Source: a virus (Duplodnaviria > Caudoviricetes). Taken from it: a stretch of DNA of 64,000 nucleotides. Below, piece by piece: positions 9,721-18,578 of this stretch. Made by a program: the position numbers and the translations under genes. The notes below the pieces were generated by a model that worked only from the letters and a program-made list of their open reading frames with translations, was not told where the DNA came from and did no database searches. How positions within the stretch are numbered: position 1 is the stretch's first letter; every line of letters starts with the position of its first letter. The stretch lies in the IMG/VR virus record IMGVR_UViG_3300027808_002667, positions 1-64,000 of that record; one strand, written 5' to 3'.

Positions 9721-10191
9721 ATGGAACTATCTTTAGAAACAATCACCAAAGGTATAGGGGCTATCACAGCTAGTTTAGCATTAGCGGGTGGCAGTTATAC
9801 ACTTTGGGATAAATTAAAACCAACACAACCTATATTGACCTGGCACGGAGAGTATTTTAAAATTCAGTCAGGACCAGCAAACGGTGAATTTGCAGTGGTG
9901 GTTGCAAGAGAAAAACACCGAGATGATTGTGAAGTAAAAGAATTCAAATTGGAAGTAAAAGATTCACAGTTTCAGGTGCATGATGCCAAAAGTTCTATTA
10001 GTGTGTTTTCTGGCCCTGCTTCTCAAAAAGTTGATAAGTTTGGGTATCGTATTACAATTGCTGATCCTGCTAAGGTTGCACCAGGACCGGCTACTTTACT
10101 GGCTCATATCAAATACAAATGTCCTGAAGGTGAAGTGATTGTAAATTACCCCGATCATCCCAACTTAAAATTTGATATAACAAGGATATAA
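9721..10191 (+). CDS. Membrane-anchored or exported protein, beta-rich domain with two Cys
   Basis: N-terminal hydrophobic helix; ATG at 9721. Confidence 0.7.
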   Translation: MELSLETITKGIGAITASLALAGGSYTLWDKLKPTQPILTWHGEYFKIQSGPANGEFAVVVAREKHRDDCEVKEFKLEVKDSQFQVHDAKSSISVFSGPASQKVDKFGYRITIADPAKVAPGPATLLAHIKYKCPEGEVIVNYPDHPNLKFDITRI

Positions 10192-10192
10192 A

Positions 10193-10741
10193 ATGTCAGA
10201 ACAAAAATTACAATTGTCACGTAGCGAACGTGAAGCACAAATCAAAGACAAAGCTGGATGGCTAATCACCGTTCTAGCCGCTCTGCTTGCAATTAACACA
10301 TACATTTCAAGTGGTAACAGCAGTAAAGTATTGAACAATACAATTAGTGCAAACAATACTTGGGCATTTTATCAAGCAAAATCAGTTAAACAGACTCTTG
10401 CAGAGATGGCTAGAGATGATGCTATTGATAGAAAACAATTTGACAAAGCAGAAAAATTAACAGCCAAGATTGATAGGTATGAATCTGAACCTGCAACAGG
10501 TGAAGGTAAAAAAGAATTAATGACAAAAGCAAAAAGTCTTGAAGCCGAGCGAGATCAGATTCGTAAGTCTGGTCCTTGGATGACATTTGCGGGTTCAGCA
10601 TTTCAAATTGCAATTGTTTTATTAACAGCAAGTATTTTAGCTGTTAGTATGTCATTATATTTTGCTAGTATAGGTGTTGGATTTTTTGCCGCATTGTTGA
10701 TGAGCCAAGGTCTATGGCTTTGGTTGCCGATTGTATTATAA
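10193..10741 (+). CDS. DUF4337-like membrane protein
   Basis: TM - WAFYQAKSVK coiled coil - two TMs, recognised family pattern. Confidence 0.65.
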   Translation: MSEQKLQLSRSEREAQIKDKAGWLITVLAALLAINTYISSGNSSKVLNNTISANNTWAFYQAKSVKQTLAEMARDDAIDRKQFDKAEKLTAKIDRYESEPATGEGKKELMTKAKSLEAERDQIRKSGPWMTFAGSAFQIAIVLLTASILAVSMSLYFASIGVGFFAALLMSQGLWLWLPIVL

Positions 10742-11124
10742 TGGCATATTCTCAACAGGTAATAGACCACTATGAAAATCCGAGGAATGTCGGATCTTTT
10801 GACAAGAGTGATACTGATATTGGTACTGGCATGGTTGGCGCGCCGGCATGCGGCGACGTAATGAAACTACAGATAAAGGTTGACCATGATACAGGTATTA
10901 TTACAGATGCAAAATTTAAAACGTATGGCTGCGGATCGGCTATTGCGAGTTCGAGCCTCATTACAGAGTGGGTCAAAGGCATGCACATCGACAAAGCCGG
11001 AGAAATTAAAAACTCCCAAATCGCCGAAGAATTAGCATTACCGCCAGTAAAGATTCATTGTAGTATTCTAGCAGAGGATGCTATCAAGGCGGCAGTAGCT
11101 GACTATAGAAAAAAATATGTTTAA
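10741..11124 (+). CDS. iscU: Fe-S cluster scaffold protein IscU
   Basis: HYENPRNVG, GAPACGDVM, FKTYGCGSAIASSS, LPPVKIHCS. Confidence 0.95.
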   Translation: MAYSQQVIDHYENPRNVGSFDKSDTDIGTGMVGAPACGDVMKLQIKVDHDTGIITDAKFKTYGCGSAIASSSLITEWVKGMHIDKAGEIKNSQIAEELALPPVKIHCSILAEDAIKAAVADYRKKYV

Positions 11125-11419
11125 GTGGTTAATTTTTGGCATTATACTGTCAGGTGCTGTGTTCGCACAATCAGTGACTATGCAAAAGTCTGTAGAATGT
11201 ACTGACACGGAGACATTGTTTCGAGGATTAATTGGCAGCGACTACAAAGAAAAGCCTATCTGGTTAGGAATTGAATCCGGCGACAAAGTGTCAAAATACA
11301 CCTTGTTTGTGAATGAAGAAACAAAATCATGGACTCTAATTCAGTTTAATGAAAAAATAGCTTGTGTGCTGGGTACAGGTGAAAACAGCACTCCGTTATT
11401 TAACGGACCCAAGATATGA
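11117..11419 (+). CDS. Exported hypothetical protein
   Basis: Signal peptide MFKWLIFGIILSGAVFA; two Cys. Confidence 0.7.
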   Translation: MFKWLIFGIILSGAVFAQSVTMQKSVECTDTETLFRGLIGSDYKEKPIWLGIESGDKVSKYTLFVNEETKSWTLIQFNEKIACVLGTGENSTPLFNGPKI

Positions 11420-11742
11420 TCTCGCTAACTGAAAAAGCATATGAGAAAATTAAAACTCAACTTCAAAAACGTGGCAAAGGAGTTGGTATTCGTCTTGGTG
11501 TAAAGACTACTGGTTGTAGTGGATTGGCATATACAATGGAATATGTTGATAAGTATGATGATGAAGTCGGCGTGACCAATTACGCTCAAAAAGATTTTAT
11601 AGTTCTTGTAGATGTAAAGAGCGAAGCGTATCTAAATGGATTGACTATGGATTGGGTTCGTAATGGACTCAACGAAGGCTTTGATTTTAAAAACCCTAAT
11701 GAACGTGACCGGTGTGGTTGCGGAGAAAGTTTCAGAGTATGA
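11416..11742 (+). CDS. iscA: A-type Fe-S carrier IscA
   Basis: [12 protein letters not shown] and CGCGESF. Confidence 0.93.
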   Translation: MISLTEKAYEKIKTQLQKRGKGVGIRLGVKTTGCSGLAYTMEYVDKYDDEVGVTNYAQKDFIVLVDVKSEAYLNGLTMDWVRNGLNEGFDFKNPNERDRCGCGESFRV

Positions 11743-12062
11743 TAACAATAACAGAATCAGCAAAGACAAAAATTTTAGATCTTTTTGCAGAAGAAAATAA
11801 CCCCGATTTAAAATTAAGAACTTTTGTTCAAGGTGGCGGGTGTAGTGGTATGAGCTATGGATTTACTTTTGATGAAATAAAGAATGAAGATGATTTTGAA
11901 ATGCCGCTAGGAAATACAGGGTTATTGATTGATGCAATGAGTATGCAATATTTACAGGGCGCAAGCGTAGATTATAAAGATGATCTACAAGGTTCGCAGT
12001 TTGTTATTAGCAACCCAAATGCCCAATCTACTTGCGGGTGCGGCAGCAGTTTTAGCGTATAA
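11739..12062 (+). CDS. erpA: A-type Fe-S carrier, ErpA-like
   Basis: [17 protein letters not shown] and [14 protein letters not shown]. Confidence 0.88.
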   Translation: MITITESAKTKILDLFAEENNPDLKLRTFVQGGGCSGMSYGFTFDEIKNEDDFEMPLGNTGLLIDAMSMQYLQGASVDYKDDLQGSQFVISNPNAQSTCGCGSSFSV

Positions 12063-12085
12063 TGCTAGCGTAAATAACTATACAT

Positions 12086-12110
12086 AAAAAAAGGCGGGGT
12101 AACCCGCCTT
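12086..12110 (-). terminator. Rho-independent terminator between convergent units
   Basis: 8-bp stem AAGGCGGG/CCCGCCTT, 4-nt loop, U-tract on minus strand. Confidence 0.8.
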
Positions 12111-12123
12111 TCCTACCTTAGCA

Positions 12124-12444
12124 TTAAGGTGCTTTAGGTATAGACCTTGGCCTAGGAATATCTCCAGATACAATCTGAATACCTGTACCAAAGATTGCAT
12201 TGTATTGATTATATACATCATCTTGTAGTTCAGCATTCCATACAATAGATCGTTTATCAATATGAATGATATGATCTTTAGTATATCCTGCATAAGGAAT
12301 CAATGCCATTGAATGTTGATCCGGTGTCGATTTGGAATTAACCAACATAACAGCACACGGCTTTTTAACAATTACTTTGTTTTGTTCATATTTTGTGTCG
12401 CCGACAATCTCTTCACCGGTAACTAATTTAATCACTTCAATCAT
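12124..12444 (-). CDS. Conserved T4-like hypothetical protein (possible Sm-like fold)
   Basis: IKLVTGEEIVG N-terminus; GGAG SD. Confidence 0.7.
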   Translation of the reverse strand: MIEVIKLVTGEEIVGDTKYEQNKVIVKKPCAVMLVNSKSTPDQHSMALIPYAGYTKDHIIHIDKRSIVWNAELQDDVYNQYNAIFGTGIQIVSGDIPRPRSIPKAP

Positions 12445-12460
12445 TTTTTCTCCAGTTGTT

Positions 12461-12474
12461 GGGGCCGAAGCCCC
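12461..12474 (-). other. UUCG-tetraloop hairpin GGGGC-TTCG-GCCCC
   Basis: Perfect 5-bp GC stem with cUUCGg loop. Confidence 0.65.
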
Positions 12475-12577
12475 GGTATTACTACCAACCTCTTATATTT
12501 TGTATAATACACAAATGCCTAATTTCTAGCCATTCGTCACAATACGCCATAAAAGATTTTAGTATTTGTTTATACAA

Positions 12578-12670
12578 TCAGTCACCTCTGAATTCCAATG
12601 TACTTCTTCGGGTAGATAACATATATCGTACTTCTTGTACTATTGATATGAAAGCTTTAATGTATTTCAT
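12578..12670 (-). CDS. 30-aa ORF (MKYIKAFISIVQEVRYMLSTRRSTLEFRGD)
   Basis: Manual translation; ATG overlaps the upstream stop. Confidence 0.4.
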   Translation of the reverse strand: MKYIKAFISIVQEVRYMLSTRRSTLEFRGD

Positions 12671-12852
12671 AAAAGCCCCCTGCGCATTAATATTGTCATT
12701 CTAGTTTCTAGATCTTTATGATCTACAGAATCCTTCAAATACATATCAATCTCTTTTTGGTAAGACGGAGTAAACGCTTTACCTACCCATGACCAAAAGT
12801 CTTTTATCGAAGGAACATGAACTCCTTCAAATTCTTTTAGATCATTTTTCAT
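12667..12852 (-). CDS. DUF3563-like small protein
   Basis: EIDMYLKDSVDHKDLETRM resembles the YLxxSxDxxDLExR pattern. Confidence 0.55.
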   Translation of the reverse strand: MKNDLKEFEGVHVPSIKDFWSWVGKAFTPSYQKEIDMYLKDSVDHKDLETRMTILMRRGLL

Positions 12853-13363
12853 TATGATTCTCATCTTCTGTAAGTAATTGCGGCTTAGATTTCTTTACCG
12901 TCTTTGCCTTTACTTCTGAATCTTTAACTTCAATTTTCTTTGGCTTCTTGTGTTCTGGAATAATTCTTTCCAAAAATACTTTAAGCATACCATTGAATAT
13001 TTCAGCATCTTTAACTTCAATTTGATCTTCAAGTGTAAATGCACGAGTAAATGCTCTGTTAGCAATACCTTTGAATAGGAAGTTTTCTTCCTCTTCTGCA
13101 TTTTGTACGTTGCCTTTGATAATCATCTTGCCGTTATCAAGTTCAATCTCAATATCTTGTTTTGCAAAACCTGCAACTGCAACTTCAATAACATAAGTGT
13201 TATCGCCGGTTTTCCTGATATTGTAAGGTGGATAATTAGGGATGCTCTTTGTTAGATCATCATGGATTTTAGCCATCTTGTTGAATTGATCGTCAAAGCC
13301 AACATATAGTTTATCAAAGTCTTTGAACATATCACGACCGAATACGTCTTTAACAAATGTCAT
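12842..13363 (-). CDS. hsp20: Small heat shock protein, IbpA/Hsp20 family
   Basis: NYPPYNI, IEVAVAGF, KGIANRAFTRAF, NGMLKVFLERIIPE. Confidence 0.93.
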   Translation of the reverse strand: MTFVKDVFGRDMFKDFDKLYVGFDDQFNKMAKIHDDLTKSIPNYPPYNIRKTGDNTYVIEVAVAGFAKQDIEIELDNGKMIIKGNVQNAEEEENFLFKGIANRAFTRAFTLEDQIEVKDAEIFNGMLKVFLERIIPEHKKPKKIEVKDSEVKAKTVKKSKPQLLTEDENHNEK

Positions 13364-13364
13364 A

Positions 13365-13589
13365 TTACTCTCCCTTTTTATTTGCAATACCACTAATTGT
13401 ATTTGCAACTGTTTCTGAAGCAATATTCATTACATCAGTGGAAGTCTTGGCGACCTGCTTTGTAAAAACACGTTGTGCTTCTACAAAATCAACCAGAGGT
13501 TTTCGAAGGGATTCTTCCTTGACTGTTTGTTTGAGGAAGTTGATTTTGGCGTCTTGAATTGAATCGATAGCCATGTTTGCGTAAAACAT
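13365..13589 (-). CDS. Small helical protein, phasin-like
   Basis: AGGAG SD; amphipathic helical pattern; phasin similarity is a weak inference. Confidence 0.5.
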   Translation of the reverse strand: MFYANMAIDSIQDAKINFLKQTVKEESLRKPLVDFVEAQRVFTKQVAKTSTDVMNIASETVANTISGIANKKGE

Positions 13590-13777
13590 ATAGTTCTCCT
13601 ATTAAGCGAGTTTTAAAATTTGCTACCCCGAAGGCATAGCGTTAATCCTGCTTACTGACTACAGGGGTACCATACGTTGTACCAGCTTTAGACGTTCCCA
13701 AGGTAGTGGGATCAAAATTAGGTCGGCTTCTGGTTTATACAGCCCACACCGATTGCTGCGTTTCCCATCCCGGGGAT
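13590..13777 (-). promoter_or_regulatory. Structured 5' leader ending in a ROSE-like RNA thermometer hairpin
   Basis: UCGCU-UAAU-AGGAG pairs the SD with a bulged G (13596-13610); several upstream hairpins including cUUCGg; heads the hsp20 operon. Confidence 0.65.
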
Positions 13778-13781
13778 ATTA

Positions 13782-14216
13782 TTATTTAGTGCTAGTAGCT
13801 AGCTTTTTCTTACCAATGTTATACTTTGTTTCCATTTTCCACTCATCTTTTTCTTTGTGGGAAATAACTTTGATCTGTGAAAGTGGAGCATAATCCAAGA
13901 AATGTTCTGGATTATTAATCTTAACCAAGCCCCAGTCTACTAGCAGCTTAGCAATAGTATTTCTTCTTTGTAAATCATTGTCAGATAGATCAGCTGTTTT
14001 CCCGTCTAAAGCAAATAGCTCTTTAAAGTGAACAATAAAGTATCTACCTTGTTTATGCAATATATGACAAGATTGATATAGTATTTTATCTTTTCTAGAA
14101 GCGACACCGATTCTAGTTAGAGTTTCTCGTACTTTTAAAAAATCATCCGGTTCAGCCAATATTACTTCTAGGGGATGGTACCCTGGGAAGTTAATGTTTA
14201 TAATGTCAGTAGTCAT
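13782..14216 (-). CDS. regA: Translational repressor RegA
   Basis: DDFLKVRETLTRIGVAS, LYQSCHILHKQGRYFIVHFKELF. Confidence 0.95.
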   Translation of the reverse strand: MTTDIININFPGYHPLEVILAEPDDFLKVRETLTRIGVASRKDKILYQSCHILHKQGRYFIVHFKELFALDGKTADLSDNDLQRRNTIAKLLVDWGLVKINNPEHFLDYAPLSQIKVISHKEKDEWKMETKYNIGKKKLATSTK

Positions 14217-14649
14217 TCTTACCACCTTTTGTTATTCTTTTTCTCAATTCAATAATAATCGAGTCATTGAGTAGTGGTAATATTTGTTTGGCTTTTTCTG
14301 TGCTGTAGCCATAGTATTCTTTTACAACTTCCAAGTCATCGATTTTCTCAGCCTTGATCCATTTATTGAATCTTTTTCGTGGCCTAATAATATTTATAAG
14401 AAAATCAAATTGTAGGATCTTGTCCAAATGTGGTCTAGAATTCATCTCATTTGCAGGAATTACTGTATCATGCCCGTAAGATAGACCCTTATTAATGATA
14501 TAGGGATTATATTGTTTCTCAGACCAATCATCTACGATCAATTTATCTTTGCTATGATGTATAGCATTGATAAAATCAAAGGGTGAAATCGCAGGAGCCT
14601 TATATGGAACTTCTGCTGGTTTTTCGACAGGGGTTCCAAATATACTCAT
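14206..14649 (-). CDS. gp62: Clamp loader small subunit
   Basis: SPFDFINAI, YNPYIINKGLS, ANEMN; synteny. Confidence 0.88.
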   Translation of the reverse strand: MSIFGTPVEKPAEVPYKAPAISPFDFINAIHHSKDKLIVDDWSEKQYNPYIINKGLSYGHDTVIPANEMNSRPHLDKILQFDFLINIIRPRKRFNKWIKAEKIDDLEVVKEYYGYSTEKAKQILPLLNDSIIIELRKRITKGGKNDY

Positions 14650-14933
14650 AATACCATCCTTATGAGTCCAATAGTATCTATGGTAGTGAGCAGGAGATAG
14701 TTGGCCAACATACCAAAAGATTTACGAGTCCAAGCAGCCCAAGCATAGAGACTGCAGCCGATAATCCATATAGGATAGAGAGTAAGCAGGGGCGGAGTGG
14801 GGACAGTAACAGCCATGGTAATCGAACAGCCAATACTAATAGCCCAAGCAATAAGCTCAACGATAAAGCGAAAAGGATGAGAATTAAAATCATCTTTTAT
14901 CCAATCAAATGTGGGTTTCAATAAATCGTTCAT
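14646..14933 (-). CDS. Three-TM membrane protein inserted between gp44 and gp62
   Basis: Hydrophobic helices; ATGA overlaps on both sides. Confidence 0.75.
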   Translation of the reverse strand: MNDLLKPTFDWIKDDFNSHPFRFIVELIAWAISIGCSITMAVTVPTPPLLTLYPIWIIGCSLYAWAAWTRKSFGMLANYLLLTTIDTIGLIRMVL

Positions 14934-15871
14934 TTAAATTCAACCGCTGCCATAATCTCTGTTAAACAAGCTACAAGATTTATTTCTTGATCTGCACAAA
15001 ATGCTGCCTTATATTGATAATCTGCAAGCAATAGAATAAGCTGTGGTACTTGTGTGACATGATCGGTCAATGTATCATATAATTTTCTAAAGATTGTTTG
15101 CGGGTCATTGTCAATATTATTAACAACCCACGTACGCATTTTTTTCCAATCACCATCTTTCAAAGATGAGATTAGTTCTTGCATATTAGATTCGCCGAGG
15201 CTAACAAAAATTCCCTCATCAATTTTACCAGATGCACTATACCTCTGAAGTTCATTTAGAACTCTACGATAATCAGGAAAATGCTTCTCAATTACTTTTG
15301 CTATGACTTTGCCATCCGATTCGATATTCTCAATTGCCATAATTTCCATGACGCGCTTAAAGAATGCAGCTGCAATCTTTGGCTTTTCACTTTTAGGCAA
15401 TTTGAATTCGATGACCGCTGTTCTAGAATGCAGCGGAGGAATGATTCGATTCTTAAAGTTACAAGTAAGAATGAATCTGCAATTTGACGAGAATTCTTCA
15501 ATGAATGCTCGTAATGCAGGTTGTGTAGAATTCGGATTAAGATAATCCGCTTCGTCTAAAATAACAACCTTAGGTTTGCCACTGAATGATACAGTAGAAG
15601 CAAACTGTTTAATCTTTGTACGAAGAACATCAATACCAGATTCTTCTGATCCGTTAATGATAATATAATCTGTTTCTAATTCTTCACACAACGCTCGGGC
15701 AATAGTGGTCTTGCCCATACCTGCGCCACCACACAATAGCATATTTTGTATCTCACCTTTAGACAACATCTCCTGAAAGATATGCTTTTGGTCTGCAGGT
15801 AAAATACAATCTTCTAATGTGAGTGGCCGATACTTCTCAACCCACAAAAATTCATTTTCACGATAATCCAT
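14930..15871 (-). CDS. gp44: Clamp loader large subunit (RFC-like AAA+)
   Basis: LWVEKYRP, GGAGMGKTT, ILDEAD, SRT. Confidence 0.95.
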   Translation of the reverse strand: MDYRENEFLWVEKYRPLTLEDCILPADQKHIFQEMLSKGEIQNMLLCGGAGMGKTTIARALCEELETDYIIINGSEESGIDVLRTKIKQFASTVSFSGKPKVVILDEADYLNPNSTQPALRAFIEEFSSNCRFILTCNFKNRIIPPLHSRTAVIEFKLPKSEKPKIAAAFFKRVMEIMAIENIESDGKVIAKVIEKHFPDYRRVLNELQRYSASGKIDEGIFVSLGESNMQELISSLKDGDWKKMRTWVVNNIDNDPQTIFRKLYDTLTDHVTQVPQLILLLADYQYKAAFCADQEINLVACLTEIMAAVEFK

Positions 15872-15886
15872 AATAACTCCATAATA

Positions 15887-16237
15887 TTAAATTTTGCGCC
15901 AAATGTTATTTTCTTTGACGTACAGCTTTCCGTCAGGTCCAACCTGCATTTTAGCTTGCACACGTACTTCCGTCCCGGGTTTATAACTAGGACCAGTACC
16001 AATAAGGGTAAACTGGCCATAGGGACTGTAAGGCAGCGGCGGTACCTTCTCACCATATGTTGCATTCAACGCAAGCATAGGATGTTCATCTAATTTGTCA
16101 GATAACTCTTTAGACGCTAGTTCATCGGGTGCAGGCATAAGTCGCTCTTTAGCTTCCTTATAACCTGCAATTCCTACACCAATCAAGCCTATTAGACCTA
16201 GGCCTCTAGCAAATGATCTACGACCTACGGGATTCAT
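15887..16237 (-). CDS. Hypothetical protein with twin-arginine-like N-terminus
   Basis: GRRSFARG followed by hydrophobic LGLIGLIGVGIAG. Confidence 0.65.
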   Translation of the reverse strand: MNPVGRRSFARGLGLIGLIGVGIAGYKEAKERLMPAPDELASKELSDKLDEHPMLALNATYGEKVPPLPYSPYGQFTLIGTGPSYKPGTEVRVQAKMQVGPDGKLYVKENNIWRKI

Positions 16238-16893
16238 TATACTACCGAATCGGGTTCCATTGCAATAAAATATTCAATTGCCTTTGTAGCGTGTTGGAAG
16301 TGAAAAGCCTTCTTCTTAGAAATTGTAACTGTATATGCATCAGGGAAGATTTTAAAGTTCTCAACTGCCATATGGCAATCAAAAGAATGTTCGCTCTTGC
16401 CAATTACTTTCTTGTAGGTATTTGCTGTGTCGTTTTTCTTGTCACCGATAGTTAAAGAAACGTCGTCGCCTTTGCTGGAGATTGTGATTGTAGGTGAGCT
16501 TGTAATAGCAGCCGCCTTCATAATCATATTAACATCTTCAGATGAGAGTTTAAACTGATAGTGATTATCAATCTCAATACTCTTGTCTGGTGCCGCAACA
16601 ATAACTGTTGGACTAGAATAGAAGTACTCAAATTTGCCGTTGTCTTTAGAAATGTTTAGGCTCTTATCGCCAAACTCAACATGTTGATTTTCCATCAATG
16701 TTAGCAACGCCAACAAAGAGTTCAAATCATATACAGCCACTTCTGTGGGGAAATCTTCTACAACTTCAGCTTTAGCAAAAATGTTTTTTGCTGTACTAAT
16801 TGTGGATAAAGTCTTGCCTTTACGGATCATAATATTACTATTAATCGCCGCAAAGTTCTTCAAGATTTGGATTGTTTCATTACTTATTTGCAT
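16237..16893 (-). CDS. gp45: Sliding clamp
   Basis: ILKNFAAINSNI, VYDLNSLL, YFIAME; synteny with gp44. Confidence 0.93.
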   Translation of the reverse strand: MQISNETIQILKNFAAINSNIMIRKGKTLSTISTAKNIFAKAEVVEDFPTEVAVYDLNSLLALLTLMENQHVEFGDKSLNISKDNGKFEYFYSSPTVIVAAPDKSIEIDNHYQFKLSSEDVNMIMKAAAITSSPTITISSKGDDVSLTIGDKKNDTANTYKKVIGKSEHSFDCHMAVENFKIFPDAYTVTISKKKAFHFQHATKAIEYFIAMEPDSVV

Positions 16894-17180
16894 TATTTAG
16901 CTCCTTGGGTTTCAATGTCGTGTACATATAATAGCATCAATGCATAGTGTAACACCTTTAGTACGTCTTGTCTATTGCTTCCGGCTTTCTTGCCGTATCT
17001 TTGTGCATACTTCATTACGTTACCAACGGTAAAACCTACACCGTGTCCGCTATCAATTATAAATTCTGTCGCTTGGAATTTGTTTAAAGAATAATGCTGT
17101 CCATAAGTAGCATCAATATATTGTTTGAATTCTTTTAACAATTCATCTTCGTTGTATTTGTAGTTTATTTCTTTCGCCAC
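16893..17180 (-). CDS. DUF3310-like protein
   Basis: HY...GFTVGNVMKYAQRYGKK...DVLKVLHY. Confidence 0.65.
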   Translation of the reverse strand: MAKEINYKYNEDELLKEFKQYIDATYGQHYSLNKFQATEFIIDSGHGVGFTVGNVMKYAQRYGKKAGSNRQDVLKVLHYALMLLYVHDIETQGAK

Positions 17181-17896
17181 GGATAATCACCTTTGTACTT
17201 TTGTTCCATAAATTTATTTCCTTGCAAGAAAAAATTTGCTTGCACGGAATCCGCTCTATTACCTACTCTATAATTTAGAGAATACTCACCATTCGTATTG
17301 TAGGTAAATCCATACTGAAGTAGAACTTGCATAATAACACGATCTATTTCAGGTTGATCGTCAGGATGTCTAGCTCTCCTATACCATAACGGAGAGATTT
17401 GTATTGCTATAGGTGTCGGTAAAAAGTATGCACCAACATCAACAAACAATTCCTGTTCACTTAGACAGGTTGGCCACAATCCAAGATTCTCACAATCATC
17501 ATTACAAATATAATTGTTATCTTTGTCTATAATTCTTCGCAAAGAAAAAGCCCAATCATGTTTCTCCGCAACCTTAACCAATGTTTCAATATGATTAGAA
17601 TCAATGTGATTATCTTCGTCTAGGAAAATGAGATAATCTGAATTGCAAATATAAGACATAGAACCATATATCCTATGTCCGTTGTATTGATTTGCCCCAG
17701 TATTCTCTGGAAGGCATAAAACAGTTTTTCCATCATAACCACCTATAACTTGTTGCGCATTCTTAATGTAACCAGGACCATCAATAACTACAAGATGTTC
17801 TACATTATCATATGTTTGCTCAGACACAGAACGAAGATTATCTTTTAAATAACTTGACCCTGTTGTCGGCGTAATCACCGTCACCTTTTTACTCAT
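17165..17896 (-). CDS. Glycosyltransferase family 2
   Basis: VTVITPT, LVVIDG, IFLDED DxD. Confidence 0.85.
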   Translation of the reverse strand: MSKKVTVITPTTGSSYLKDNLRSVSEQTYDNVEHLVVIDGPGYIKNAQQVIGGYDGKTVLCLPENTGANQYNGHRIYGSMSYICNSDYLIFLDEDNHIDSNHIETLVKVAEKHDWAFSLRRIIDKDNNYICNDDCENLGLWPTCLSEQELFVDVGAYFLPTPIAIQISPLWYRRARHPDDQPEIDRVIMQVLLQYGFTYNTNGEYSLNYRVGNRADSVQANFFLQGNKFMEQKYKGDYPWRKK

Positions 17897-18578
17897 ATTC
17901 TATAACCTCTATACCATCGGGTACTTTTACTGCAATACCGCCTTTATTGGGTTTTCTTGCATTGTGATAAAAGACTTTTCCTTTAATTTTATCTTTATAA
18001 AATAATTGGAATACTAAATTGTTTAGACCACTATTAATAACATGAACTTCTTTTGCATTGCAGATTGTATCTACATAATCTAATACGTCATCTGTATCTT
18101 CTTTGATAGCAATATGGCAAGGATAATTAGAATCTATTTTGAGGTCAAAACTACCGTATGTACTTGCATTGTGTATAAAGTTATAATCTTGCCCTAGCTT
18201 GCTAGATATTTTGTCATATAACTCTACTGAACCATCTAATCTTGTTGGCAAAACAAATCTATCATATTCATCGTTTGGATTTAGACCGGATGTAGTATAA
18301 AATGATTCTTCAAAATTATCATAGTCACAATTTTCAAAACCGACTCTCATTAAAGGATGAGATGTTTGTTGAGCATGCTTTAAACAATCTTCCATTTCAT
18401 TTTCAACAGGAATAATTGTTATATTAGGAAAGTCCTCATATAAATGTTCTACTGTCTTAGTATAATGTTTTTTGCAAATTAAGTCAATATCGTAGTGATC
18501 CGTTAATGCATGAACTAGACCATTACATATAAAATGGTCACCCAGACCAGTGTGATGATGTACTATTATTTTTGTCAT
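17889..18578 (-). CDS. Putative GT-B glycosyltransferase-like protein
   Basis: HHHTGLGDHF resembles the GLGD motif of GT9-like enzymes; INSG; island context. Confidence 0.5.
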   Translation of the reverse strand: MTKIIVHHHTGLGDHFICNGLVHALTDHYDIDLICKKHYTKTVEHLYEDFPNITIIPVENEMEDCLKHAQQTSHPLMRVGFENCDYDNFEESFYTTSGLNPNDEYDRFVLPTRLDGSVELYDKISSKLGQDYNFIHNASTYGSFDLKIDSNYPCHIAIKEDTDDVLDYVDTICNAKEVHVINSGLNNLVFQLFYKDKIKGKVFYHNARKPNKGGIAVKVPDGIEVIEYE

